64,000 nucleotides of DNA from the human T2T-CHM13v2.0 reference genome, Homo sapiens (GCF_009914755.1 NC_060935.1), one strand, 5' to 3'. Positions 33,354 through 54,482 are shown, counted from the stretch's first letter. The notes: generated by a model not told the origin, from the sequence alone. Translations and numbers: made by a program.

Positions 33354-33940
33354 CTCACGTATGCTGTGGCTGTATATTGAAAGTTTCTCTTTTTTTTTTT
33401 TTCAAATAATTAACAGGTTTAACAGACTGTATCTCTGATCTATTCCTTTCACTGCAGACATCTATTGCCTTTTCAGCCTAGCGGCCCTCCCCTCTATAGA
33501 GACTCACACTTCCTATTCCAGTCATGTGGCTCTCATGGGGGCTGCCATGTTCTCAAATGACTCCACCCCTCTGGCATCAGTTGATTGGTCCAGGGATGAG
33601 CATCTGGCCTAAATTGGCCAATCAGAATTCTTCCCTTGAATATTTTTCCAAACTGGAACTAGACCAAGTTAATCATTCTGTGTGATGACAGGAATTGTGT
33701 GTAGTGAGAAATACAGGAGCTTTTGTGGCCACGTTTCTCGCCTTATGGAGAAAAGGCTTGAGTAAGAAGAAATTAAGCCAGGATGCAGACAAAGCTAGAG
33801 ACAGAGATAGAGAGAGAGATCCTGTGGTAAGCCCCTTGGTTTTTATCATTCTAGTACATGCTTGCTACTGCATACTACCAAGATTTTCACCTGAGGGCTT
33901 TCTCAAAGTCAGGCATGGAGTATGTCAGAAAAGCCACAGA

Positions 33941-34258
33941 AGCCGGGTGCAGTGGGTCACTCCTGTAATCCCAACACTGGGAGGCCAAGGCAGGTGGATC
34001 ACGAGGTCAGGAGTTTGAGACCAGCCTGACCAACATGGCAAAACCCTGTCTCTACAAAAAATAAAAAAATTAGTGGGGCATGGTGGCAGGTGGCTGTAAT
34101 CCCAGCTACTCAGGAAGCCGAGGCAAGAGAATCGTTTGAACCTGGGAGGCAGATGTTGCAGTGAGCCGAGATCATGCCATTGCAGTCCAGCCTGGATGAC
34201 AGAGCAAGACTGTGTCTCAAAAAAAAAAAAAAAAAAAAAAAGAAAAGAAAAAAGAAAA
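33941..34258 (+). mobile_element. AluS
   Basis: Alu consensus; flanking AGAAAAGCCA repeat. Confidence 0.92.
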
Positions 34259-34975
34259 GCCAGAGAGTTGATGCCCTGGGACCAGTCCTCAGCCAGTGAC
34301 GGATGGGAGCCAGGCTATAAATGCTTCAATATCTTCGCCCCCTGGATGGAACAACTTTGAAATGTATTCCACATCACCTCCCAGAGGTCCCCAGTGGGGT
34401 CAAATCCTAGTTGCCTGGAGTAGTAAGCTGCTCATTGAAGCCCCCTGTGTGGCCTCCTGCCTTTCCATGAATCAATTCCTCACTCCCCTATTGGTGTTCC
34501 CTGGAATCATCTCCTAAATAATCCACTTGCAATCCTGTGCCTCTTTCAGGATCTGCTTGGGGTTGGGGTTGGGGAGTGCAGAGAAAAACATGATCGCTTT
34601 TCCACTCCACACTAGTAAGATGAGTTTCTGTCACTGGCAACCAAGAGTTCTGACTACTACCTCCTTCTGAGATAATTCCTAAAATGTATTTGGGAATTTC
34701 CCCACCTCCACCCCACTGCGTATGTCATCAATATGTAGATTTCTTAATAAAATTTAATGGTATTCTTTGATCAACCTCAAGTTTCACAAAACACACTGCA
34801 CTTTCATAAGGGCTCCCCATGGCTGACAGATCAGCCGTTCAAAAGAAGGGAAGTGTCAGAGATGGCTCTGCTAGACTCACGTATTTTTCAGTAGAATCTG
34901 GGTCAGGTTGTGGTGGTCAGGAGATGCTTCTGGAGCTCTGGGACCCACAAGCCTGAGTGTCATGGTGGAGTATTA

Positions 34976-35292
<317 letters not shown>

Positions 35293-36046
35293 GATTTATT
35301 CCTTCCAAACTGGAACTCACCAAAAGAAGACCAACACGCATCACAATGTTGTGGCCATAATCACCACAGTGACAATAATAAATATAATCAACTCTCGAGC
35401 CAGCCACCTCCACTAAACCTAGTGGATCACATCTGGTGTTTCACTTTGGGGATATTTTAGTGGTCATGGCAGATTGTCACCTGACTGCTGGCTGTTTCTA
35501 CCATGTTTCAGGAATATAGAGATGTGTACAGATGACCCCTAAAATTAATTAGTATGCAATTCTCAAAGAGCCAAACTGTACCCCAAAAGCTACTGGAATG
35601 AAAAAAAAAGTTTTAATTCTCAAAGAGACAAACTAGATAGTAGAAACATTTATGTTCCCTTGGAGAATCTTCCCACCAAGGAGTCAAAGTTGTCTCCAGA
35701 CCAGGGAATGCCTGGGGCCTTGGACTTTCCCAATTCTGGTATCATCTCCCATTCTCCTTTAGGTCCAGTTTTCTCAGAGGGGCATGCATTGTTCATTGCC
35801 ACCAAGGGTATACAAGGACACAAACTGAAGATAATAGTGCCTTATTGTCTCTCAGTCATCTTTCTCTCCCACATGCTGGAAGGAGAGCCAAGTCCAATTT
35901 ATCCAATTACAAAATAGCAACATTGGCATCATGAGATCAGCTAACACAACTTTCAGAGGCAATCTATCTTCCTACCAAAAGTAACCAACATCTGTGGAGC
36001 ACTTACCATGACTAAGGGTCAACATAAGTGGTTTGCATGCTGCATG

Positions 36047-36400
36047 CATCAGGATGGACCAGGTTATGCTGCAGTAACAAATTAACCCCAGAGTCTCAGC
36101 AGCTTAGCAACCAAGGTTGATTTCTTACATTCCATGTCCACAATGGGTTGGCTGGGTATGGTGTGCTCCATATGGCCACTCAAAGACCTAGAATGATGGA
36201 AATTCTACCATGTTAATGCAAGGATTCTCCCATAGTTACTACACCAGGAGATGAGAGAATGAGATAGTTATTCCCAAGCCCTCAAAAGCTGTAGACTAGA
36301 GGTGATATCAGTGACTTCCACTTATAAAGCCTTGGACCCTGGCATGGATCCATCTAACTACAGGGGGTCTGGGGAATACAGGGAGCACCTGGAAATCCCA
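36047..36400 (-). mobile_element. Old MLT1 LTR remnant
   Basis: CAGGTTATGCTGCAGTAACAAA motif. Confidence 0.6.
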
Positions 36401-37441
36401 TGAGCAGTAACCATTCCTGCCAGCATGCATTATTTCATCTGAACCTCACAACCCCATGGAATATAGAACAGAGGCTTGGAGAGTTAAGGGACCTGCCCCA
36501 AGGCGTCACAGATAATGAGTTGCAGAGCTGAGATATGGCCCTCAGCCTGGCAGGTTTCAAACCACTATGCTGCATACTCATCACAAAATTCTATGAAATT
36601 CCTCATACAGCAAAACACCACACCAAGTGAAAAGAAAGCCAAGTTGTGCAAATACAAAATAGAACTGCCCGGACACTTCACCTCCTCACCCACCCCACCC
36701 CCACCGAAAGAATCAACCTACGCAAATAACTGGAATGAAATTCTCAGGCAATTTCAGCAGGGGAAATGGGGTTATCTCATCTGGGTCTCACATCCGAACT
36801 CATCAAGACAAGACCTTCCCTAAACTTCACCTGAACACCTGGACACACCGTCATGTCTTGCCGCTTCTTGTTACTGGAAATCCAATGATGATGTCTTTAT
36901 ACAATTTATAGGTCTTTCTATAAGTGCCAAGATAAATGTCATCTCTGTACCTGCATATCATTCAGAGGTAGGCAAGCTTCTATGTAAAGTGCTAGATAGT
37001 AAATATAAACTTTGCAGGACTCATATGATCTCCATCCTATACATTTTTTTGTTTTTGTTTTACAATTTTTTTTTTCTTTTTAGATAGGGTCTAAAAAGAA
37101 AACAAAACTTATCCATGTTGTGATATGGATGAACGTTAAAAACATGCTCAGTGAAAGAAGCAGACATGAAAGGTCATATATTGTACAATTCCATTTATAT
37201 GCAATGTTCAGTCTAAGCCAATCGACAGAGATAGAAAGTAGATGAAGGGTTTCCAGGGGCTGCAGGAGGGGATATGCAAAGTGACTGCTGAATGGATATG
37301 AGGCTTCCAATTGAGGTGTTGAAAAAGCCCTGAAACTAGGTAGTGGTGACAATTGCACAACATGATAAATGTACAAAATGTCACTGAACTGTACACTTTC
37401 AGATACACAAAATGGTAAATGTTGCATATATTATACCACAA

Positions 37442-37736
37442 TTTTATTCATTTATTTTAGAGAGAGAGTCTCACTCCATCACCCAGGCTGCAGTGCAATG
37501 GCACAATCATAGCTCACTGCTGCCTTTACCGCCTGGGCTCAAGCAATCCTCCCACCTAGTCTTCCAAGTAGCTGGGACTACATGTGAACGCTACCACACA
37601 CAGCTTTTTAAATTTTTTTATAGAGTTGCATTCTCGCTTTATTGCCCAGACTGGCCCAAACTCCTGGCTTCAAGTGATTCTCTCATCTCAGCCTCCCAAA
37701 GTGCTGGGATAACAGGTGTAAGCCATCAGGCCAGGC
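37442..37736 (-). mobile_element. AluJ
   Basis: Diverged Alu; preceded by an L1M 3' fragment at 37100-37440. Confidence 0.88.
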
Positions 37737-37890
37737 AATTTTTAATTCTTATGCGAAATTTTCAAATAATTCCTAGGATTAAAAAAAATGTCGATCAACA
37801 TGGGGATTAGAGGAAAAAATAATTTTAAACAAAGAAAAAATTAAATGAGATGATGTATATGTATACAGTGCCTGGCCTCATGATCACTGA

Positions 37891-38215
<325 letters not shown>

Positions 38216-38371
38216 TGTTGTAGCTATTTTAATAGTGCTGGTGAACAATAATTTGCTCTCCCTATAAAAACAGAACATACAAAGCCAAGGAAAGCACCAA
38301 TCTAGTTTGTTCTCCCCAGATCTTGAAATGTTGGAATTAGTATAAGAGTGCAAAATATTCATGTGGTTTGA

Positions 38372-38752
<381 letters not shown>

Positions 38753-38970
38753 TAAGTGCATCCACCACATTGTACAGCCATGTTCCCCCACCCATCTCCA
38801 GAACACTTTCATACTGTCCTGCAAATATGCAGCACCTTGCTACACTCCAGTTTGTTTGTCCCACAACAGAGCTGGGCTGAATTAATTATTAATGTGACTT
38901 TGTTCAACAACGGACTAAAGAGGGAGAAGCCCATGAACTGTGTGAGGAGTGCATGACAGGTGCTCGTGGG

Positions 38971-39216
38971 ATGACGTGGCTCGGCGCCCTCCAGCTGCTG
39001 CTACCGCTGCCTGTCCTGCTGGGCGGCCACCTCCTCCCAGGGAAGAAGAGCACTCACAACTGCTGCTGATCTCCTTCCAGGGCTTCCGCTGGGACTAGGA
39101 TCAGGATGTGGACACCCCCAACCTGGACCGTCTGGCCGGGGAGGGCGTCAAGGCCAAGTACCTCATGCCGCCCCTTGTCACAATGACCTCCCCGTCCCAC
39201 CTCACTGCCATCCCAG
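38971..39216 (+). pseudogene. ENPP7P: Exon 1 of an unprocessed ENPP7-like (alkaline sphingomyelinase/NPP family) pseudogene
   Basis: ATG 38971, signal peptide MTWLGALQLLLPLPVLLGG, frameshift, then LLLISFQGFRWD*DQDVDTPNLDRLAGEGVKAKYLMPPLVTMTSPSHLTAIPG (compare ENPP7 LLLVSFDGFRWNYDQDVDTPNLD...VTMTSP); stop TAG 39096-39098; donor AG|GTAAG at 39216/39217. Confidence 0.93.
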
Positions 39217-39328
39217 GTAAGCGTCACTCTGCCCATTTCACCTGATGCCCATCAAAGCCCCAGCGTCCGTCATTCCCTGTGATAAGAAGCAAAAGCTCGG
39301 TCAGCTCTAGGGAGGTTGAGGCGGCTCC

Positions 39329-39608
39329 GGGGTCTCACTCTGTTGCCCAGGCTGTAGCTCAGTGGCATAATCACAGCTCAGTGGAGCCTCAAACTCCTGC
39401 TCTCAAGCAGTCCTCCCTAGCTCAGGCTCCCCAGTAGCTGGGGATACAGACAAGCCACCGTGTCTAATTTTCTCATTTTCTTAGAAATTGGGGCAGGGGG
39501 TGTCTCACTATGTTGCCTGGGCTGGTTTCGAACTCCTGGCCTCAAGTGATCATCCCACCTCAGCCTCCCAAAGGCTGAGATTGGAGACATGAGCTACTGT
39601 GACTGGCC
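39329..39608 (-). mobile_element. AluJ
   Basis: Diverged Alu. Confidence 0.85.
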
Positions 39609-39620
39609 TGATCTTTTTTA

Positions 39621-39945
<325 letters not shown>

Positions 39946-41635
39946 AGGTAAATAACTAGAATCACTTTTAAATAATTGTATAAAAATAATAAAACATTGA
40001 CATTTACAGAGCTCAGTTAGATGAGGTGACTCATACCCTCCAATGGTGTCCTGGTTCTCTTACATAAGAATTGAAATGTCTTTCTGTGGCTCAAAAGATC
40101 CCACGCAGACTGGCCCCTGGCCCATCTTCTGCCAGCCTCTCTCATCTCTCTCCCTCTCCTTCACTTCCTTCCGGATCACAAAGGCCTTTTGCCTGTGCCT
40201 TCTGCCCTGCTCCCTCCAGCCCCAGGGCCTTGGCCTGCGCTAGTCCAGTCCCTCCAGCTCACCAGGAGCATGCAGTCCAGTCAGGGAGACAGACACCAGA
40301 CACCCAAACAGGCACATACATCCCGTGACAACTCAGGAGGCATCAAGGAGGAAAACGAGTTTTCCAGGTACAGACTACAGGGGTAAACTGGCTTCAAGCT
40401 AGAGAGGGAGAAAGGGGGTCTCTGATCATGGGGCGGTTGAGCTGAAAGAGATCTTAGGGGATCAGAGCAAGGAAAAGTGTTCCAGGCAGAGGGAAGAGCA
40501 TGTGTGAGGTCTCTGAGACAAAGACCTGGTCATTTCAGAATCCCAGTGGCCACTAAAATAGAGGGATTCCAACCTAAAAAGGAGGAAGAGGAGGCTGCTG
40601 GAAAGCAAAGTACTCTGTGTAAGAATCATAATAGCGGGGGTGGAGCCAAGATGGCCGAATAGGAACAGCTCCAGTCTACAACTCCTGGCTTGAGCGACGC
40701 AGAAGACAGGTGATTTCTGCATTTCCAACTGAGGTACTGGGTTCATCTCACTGGGGAGTGTCAGAAAGTGGGTGCAGGACACTTGGTGCAGTGCACTGAG
40801 CATGAGCCCAAGCAGGGCGAGGCATTGCCTCACCCGGGAAGTGCAAGGGGTCAGAGAATTCCCTTCCCTAGTCAAAGAAACGGGTGACAGATGGCACCTG
40901 GAAAATCGGGTCACTCCCACCCTAATACTGCACTTTTCCAATGGTCTTAGCAAACGGCACACCAGGAGACTATATCCCGCACCTGGCTCGGAGGGTCCTA
41001 AACCCATGGAGCCTCACTCATTGCTAGCACAGCAGTCTGAGATCAAACTGCAAGGTGACAGCAAGGCTGGGGGAGGGGCGACCGCCATTTCCTAGGCTTC
41101 AGTAGGTAAACAAAGCAGCTGGGAAGCTCCAACTGGGTGGAGCCCACCACAGCTCAAGGAGGTCTGCCTGCCTCTGTAGACTCCACCTCTGGGGGCAGGG
41201 CATTGGCAAACAAAAGGCAGCAGAATCCTCTGCAGACTTAAATATCCCTGTCTGACAGCTTTGAAGAGAGTAGTGGTTCTCCCAGCACACAGCTGGAGAT
41301 CTGAGAATGGACACACTGCCTCCTCAAGTGGGTCCCTGACCCCCGAGTTGCCTAACTGGAGGCACCTCCCCGTAGGGGCAGACTGACATCTCACATGGCC
41401 AGGTACCCCTCTGAGACAAAACTTCCAGAGGAACAATCAGGCAGCAACATTTGCTGCTCACCAATATCCGCTGTTCTGCAGCCTCCACTGCTGACACCCA
41501 GGCAAACTCCAACAGACCTGCAGCTGAGGGTCCTGACTCTTAGAAGGAAAACTAACAAACAGAAAAGACATCCACATTAAAACCCCATCTGTACGTCACC
41601 ATCATCAAAGACCAAAGGTAGATAAAACCACAAAG

Positions 41636-42652
41636 ATGGGGAAAAAACAGAGCAGAAAAACTGGAAACTCTAAAAATCAGAGTGCCTCTCCTCCTCCAAA
41701 GGAATGCAGCTCCTCACCAGCAATGGAACAAAGCTGGACAGAGAATAACTTTGACAAGTTGAGAGAAGAAGGCTTCAGACGATTAAATTACTCCGAGCTA
41801 AAGGAGGAAGTTCGAACCCATGGCAAAGAAGTTAAAAACCTTGAAAAAAAATTAGACGAATGGCTAACTAGAATAACCCATGCAGAGAAGTCCTTAAAGG
41901 ACCTGATGGAGCTGAAAACCAAGGCACGAGAACTACGTGACAAATGCACAAGCCTCAGTAGCCGATTCGATCAACTGGAAGAAAGGGTATCAGTGATGGA
42001 AGATGAAACGAATGAAATGAAGCAAGAAGAAAAGCTTAGAGAAAAAAGAATAAAAAGAAATGAACAAAGCCTCCAAGAAATATGGGACTATGTGAAAAGA
42101 CCAAATCTACGTCTGATTGGTGTACCTGAAAGTGACAGTGAGAATGGAACCAAGTTGGAAAACACTCTGCAGGATATTATGCAGGAGAACTTCCCCAATC
42201 TAGCGAGGCAGGCCAACATTCAAATTCAGGAAATATGGAGAACACCACAAAGATACTCCTCAAGAAGAGCAACTCCAAGACAGATAATTGTCAGATTCAC
42301 CAAAGTTAAAATGAAGGAAAAAATGTTAAGGGCAGCCAGAGAGAAAGGTCAGGTTACCCACAAAGGGAAGCCCATCAGACTAACAGCTGATCTCTTGGCA
42401 GAAACTCTACAAGCCAGAAGAGAGTGGGGGCCAATATTCAACATTCTTAAAGAAAAAAATGTTCAACTCAGAATTTCAAATCCAGCCAAACTAAGCTTCA
42501 TAAGTGAAGGAGAAATAAAATACTTTACAGACAAGCAAATGCTGAGAGATTTTGTCACCACCAGTCCTGCCCTACAAGAGCTCCTGAAGGAAGCACTAAA
42601 CATTGAAAGGAACAATCAGTACCAGCCACTGCAAAAACATGCCAAATTGTAA
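41636..42652 (+). CDS. LINE-1 ORF1p, full-length open frame (338 aa)
   Basis: MGKKQSRKTGNSKNQSASPPPKE...RPNLRLIGVPE...LQARREWG...YQPLQKHAKL. Confidence 0.9.
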   Translation: MGKKQSRKTGNSKNQSASPPPKECSSSPAMEQSWTENNFDKLREEGFRRLNYSELKEEVRTHGKEVKNLEKKLDEWLTRITHAEKSLKDLMELKTKARELRDKCTSLSSRFDQLEERVSVMEDETNEMKQEEKLREKRIKRNEQSLQEIWDYVKRPNLRLIGVPESDSENGTKLENTLQDIMQENFPNLARQANIQIQEIWRTPQRYSSRRATPRQIIVRFTKVKMKEKMLRAAREKGQVTHKGKPIRLTADLLAETLQARREWGPIFNILKEKNVQLRISNPAKLSFISEGEIKYFTDKQMLRDFVTTSPALQELLKEALNIERNNQYQPLQKHAKL

Positions 42653-42715
42653 AGACCATCAAGGCTAGGAACAAACTGCATTAACTAATGAGCAAAATAA
42701 CCCGCTAACATCATA

Positions 42716-46535
<3,820 letters not shown>

Positions 46536-47061
46536 ACAATGAGAACACACGGACACAGGAAGGGGAACATCACACACTGGGGCCTGTTGTGGGGTCAGGG
46601 GAGGGGGGAGGAATAGCATTAAGAGATATACCTAATGTTAAATGACGAGTTAATGGGTACAGCACACCAACATGGCACATGTATGCATATGTAACAAACC
46701 TGCACGTTGTGCACATGTACCCTAAAACTTAAAGTATAATAAAAAATAAAATATAAAATAAAAACTTTGGCTGTTGACTCCAAATATCCTGCTTCATCAT
46801 CTCTCCACTCCAGAAACTTTTCACATGCTTACAAAGGGTGTTCGTTTCTCCTCTAAGTATTTGCTCCCCAGCCCCACCTGCAAGAATGTGGAAGTAGGGA
46901 CTCTGCCTGGGATGGTAACTCTCAAATATAAGGCAAGACTTGTCCCTCCACCAATATCCCCAGGACTGAAGGACTGTGAAAGTCTGCATATTGATCAAGC
47001 TTCTCCCTCCCTTATCTGAAGGGACTTACTTCCTTCAAGACACTTTTCCTCTTCCCACCTA

Positions 47062-48320
<1,259 letters not shown>

Positions 48321-48610
48321 TTCCAAATAGATCCTCGGTGGAGCTTACATGCCTGGGCGAGCACCAGCCTTTGTTTAAAGGCAACAGAGAATTGTGGCCT
48401 GGCTCAGATCTCCAGCAAGCCTCCAGAATGATGGTCCACTCTCTGAACCCAGGGCCAAGGCAGCAGGAGCTTTTGGTGCACATGGGGGCTTACCCCACTT
48501 TGAGGTGAGTCGTCACATCCATATTAGACCCTAGCTGTTGCTTAGGCAAAAATGATGATTTAGAAGAAGACGGAGAGAAGAGGAGAGTTAATTTAAAAGT
48601 ACTTATATTC

Positions 48611-48910
<300 letters not shown>

Positions 48911-48919
48911 AGAAAGTAC

Positions 48920-49720
<801 letters not shown>

Positions 49721-49730
49721 AATACTATGT

Positions 49731-50298
49731 GGGCCACACGTGCTGCTTCACATCTGTTATCCCAGCACTTTGGGAGGTTGAAGCAGGAGGATCATTGCTC
49801 AGGGCGTAGGGGGGCACCAGGTGCATAAAACCACAGCGTTGACTGGTGTGGGGGCTCACACCTGTATGTTTGGGAAGCTAAGGCAGGGCGATCACTTGAG
49901 CCCAGGAGTTTGAGGCCAGCCTGGGTGACATAGTGAGATCTCACTTCTAAAAAAAAAAAAAAAATTTAATTAACTGGGCATGTTGGTACCCACCTACAGT
50001 CCCAGCTACTCAGGAGGCTGAAGCAGGAGGGTCGCTTGAGTCCAGAAGATCAAGTCTGTGGCGAGAAGTGATTGCACCACTGCACTCCAGCCTGGACAAC
50101 AGAGCAAGCCCTGTCTCAAACAAAAAAAAAAAAAAAAAAAAAAAAATCTCCCTTGTCTTCTGATTCCCTGAGCTGTCATAGAAAGGAAGTGAAGCAGTGA
50201 AAGCATCCCCCCAAAAAGGACTTTTCAAAACCAGCCTAAGCAACATAGCAAGACCTTGCCTTTAGAAACTATTTAAATTTGAAGGAAAAAAAAAAAAG
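49731..50298 (+). mobile_element. FLAM-like monomer split by an insert that contains an AluJ (49840-50146)
   Basis: Alu-arm halves at 49731-49800 and ~50225-50298; flanking TACTATG repeat. Confidence 0.7.
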
Positions 50299-51482
50299 CA
50301 GTACTATGGCACAGAGTTGACAGCTACAGGTGTGGCTACATCCAGGTCCTAAAACTAAATCATCAGAATGACCCCTCACCCTCCCCCCGCTTTCCATTTT
50401 ACTTTCTTAAGAATGAACATGAAATTTCCAAGATTGTTTCTCCTTTGGCTAATCTGCTTCTCAGACCCAATCACTGTGGCCAGGGTGGTGGAAGGATACT
50501 GACATCCAGGCTGGGACCACATGCCCCAGCTCCAGATCAGGGTGGGGAATGGCCAGTCGCACACATGTCGTGGGGGACTAGTGACTCCTCGGTGGAAAAT
50601 CGGGGACTGTCATTGGAGAGGAGCGATAGAAGAAAGGCTGAAGCAGTGCATTGTATCTCCTGCACCAGCCTGGGCCTCAATGTCTTGAGTACTGATGACC
50701 CAGTACTCAGTCTAGGGCAATCCCAACTCCATCTGCGGGGCTGCCCACAGTACATGGACCCCCTCACTGGATTTGCTGACCACACGTGCAAACAGCCACT
50801 TCCCAGCCCCACTCCACGCAGTCCCCCTGAACCCTGTCAAAATTCCCCTCAGTTCTCACCAAGACTAAAAGCAATTCTGAGGGTGAGCGGCTCATTCTGC
50901 TAGTTTAACTCTCTCGATTCCTTCCCTCTCCAGAACTCTGTACTTACTGCTCCGTCACTGGAAATGACAATGAACATCTTCACAATCTCAGGTTTTATTG
51001 CAAAGTGATTGAGGACCAGTTAGAATAAGTTATGCTACAGAAACTAAAGAAATCCCGTCAAACAAATGGTATGTAATAGAAAGTCTTAGGGCAGCCGTGT
51101 ATATTTTCTCCCCCAATGAATCAATTGAAAATGAGAAGCTGTTACCGCCATGTTCCGGGCAGAAGCTATCAAAAGTATAAGCCATGATATTATAATTTGA
51201 TGATTTTTCATCCGTCAAATGGATATGGCCCAGGGGTGAAAAGTGGATGCTCCGTAACTAGATGATGGTCAAGAGTTATAAAAATGAGGTCCTCTCTGTT
51301 CAACATTTCTCCTTTCTTGAAAGGATACTCAATGTCATGCTCAGGGCCTCTAATGGCCAGAAATAAATTTCCTCCCAGTTCCAGAGCACCCCAGGGCAAC
51401 CCCAAAACCAGAGCAACTGCTTATTGCCATGTAGACTATGTACTATGCAATTCCTGGGGTGGCATTTTCATAAATATGTGGG

Positions 51483-51498
51483 TGGCGCCCCCTGGAGG
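51483..51498 (-). promoter_or_regulatory. Candidate CTCF site
   Basis: CCTCCAGGGGGCGCCA on the minus strand, close to the CTCF core consensus; motif only. Confidence 0.5.
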
Positions 51499-51671
51499 TA
51501 TGCAATGCACAACTTGCACAAATGGTAAGTCATCGTATCCCAAGGTCCACAAAGAAGAGGTAAACAAAATTCCCATCGATGTTGCCATCAGTCATGAGTC
51601 TGCCTTTTCTTCATGGGACAGTAGCAAAAACAATTTGGCCAAGTGTGCTTGGATGATCTCTAAGATGGAAT

Positions 51672-51893
51672 CAGGGTCTCTCACTTTCAGCACTATTGAC
51701 CTTTGGGGCTGGATCATTATTTTGTCTTAGTGGGATTTGTCCAGGGAATTGTAGGATGTTTAGCAGCATCACTGGCCTCTACCCATTAGCTGCCAGTAGC
51801 ACCACCTCCTCCAGCTGCAACAACCAAAATTGTCTCCAGACATGGTCACATGTTCTCTGGGGGGCAAAATCACCCCCTGGTTGAGAAGTCCTG
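51672..51893. mobile_element. MER20 (hAT) MITE
   Basis: GCACTATTGAC...GGATGTTTAGCAGCATC...GGCAAAATCACCCCCTGGTTGAGAA. Confidence 0.85.
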
Positions 51894-52283
51894 AAGTAAA
51901 GACATAATACGCAAATCACATGTAAGTAAGAGAGCCTAAGGGCCACACAGGTGATGCTGTATCCATGACAAAGACAGAGACTTAAAGAGATTAGAGAGGT
52001 GGAGAAAGATAAAAGAAATGAAGTCCCAGCTGCCGAGAGCAACAGATGCTGACTAGATGTTGTTGATAGTCATCTTTAAACTGAGTTAAAAGATGCTGAG
52101 AAGCAATCAGCTGCCATCCTGCCCTCCAGGGACAACGCTGCTGAAAAAGGCCTGGAGAGCAACAAAGCCCCAAACGCAGGTGCACTGAGTAAAGAAACCA
52201 GAGATTGAGACAAAAAAGACATTCCCTCAAAGACTACTCATTTCCAAGAGGGGAGAAAAAGTGGAGTCATGAAAAACAGTTGA

Positions 52284-52590
<307 letters not shown>

Positions 52591-52596
52591 AATTAA

Positions 52597-53186
<590 letters not shown>

Positions 53187-53951
53187 CTAACTTTTCATTA
53201 TGGAAATTTCCCATATACACAAAAAGCAGGGAGAGAATTATACCATGAACCCCCATGCACCCATCATCCCACTGGAAGAACTTGTCAACATTTCTCCAAT
53301 CTCATTCCAGTTCCCACTTTTCTTTTCCTTCTTGCTATTTTAGGACATTTTAAAGCAAATTCCAGACATTTCATTTCACCCATATCCATAACACACCAGG
53401 GTGCATTCTTGATGTAAGGATTTTGTTTTGTTTTATAACACCCATGACATTGCCACAGTTAATAGATTTAACATGAAGAAACTAAGATTCTTGCAGGTGG
53501 AGAAAAGATCTAATTACCACCTTAAAGCCTCTCCTACTAGAGCTTCTCAGAGCTGAACATGTATGCAAATCACCTGGGCATCTTGTTAAAATGCAGATTC
53601 TGGCCCAGGAGGTCCTTCCGGGTGAGCCCTGAGAGTCTTCAATTCCAAAAGCTCCCAGGTGATGCAATGCTAAGGGTCCATGAATCACAAAAGAGGAAGG
53701 GTCGGTCAAACACCCACAACAACTGGGTGCAAAGTCCTGACTGTTCCTGACTGCAGGGCCTTCAGTGAACGGGGAAGCTGGGGACCATTTGGGAAAGAAG
53801 GGAGGTTTTTCGTATCAGCTCCAGGCCTTGTAGAACTGCCAGGGAATAACAGACACAAGGTCAGCAAAGTCTAACCAACAGCACGAGTGCATTCATATTC
53901 CACAACCACTGCAGCAAAGAACCATGAAATGGGTGGCTTCAAACAATGTCT

Positions 53952-54265
<314 letters not shown>

Positions 54266-54482
54266 TTATCTGGAGGCCAGAAGTCCAAAATTGATCAAAG
54301 GTCAGCAGGAGCATGCTCCTTTCAGAGGTTCTAGGAGAGAATCCATTCCTTGCGTCTTCCAGCTTATAGAGGCTACTAGAATTCCTCAACTTGTGGCTGC
54401 ATGATCCAATCTCTGCCTCTGTGATCACCTTGCCTCTTTCTCTTCTCCTCTTCTGTCTGGGTCTCCTCCTCTGGAGGAAGAG

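Noticed and set aside
41099-41314. 71-aa antisense ORF in the L1 5'UTR, same length as ORF0
   Set aside because: Its sequence is not ORF0; the ORF0-like frame starts at 41088 and is interrupted.
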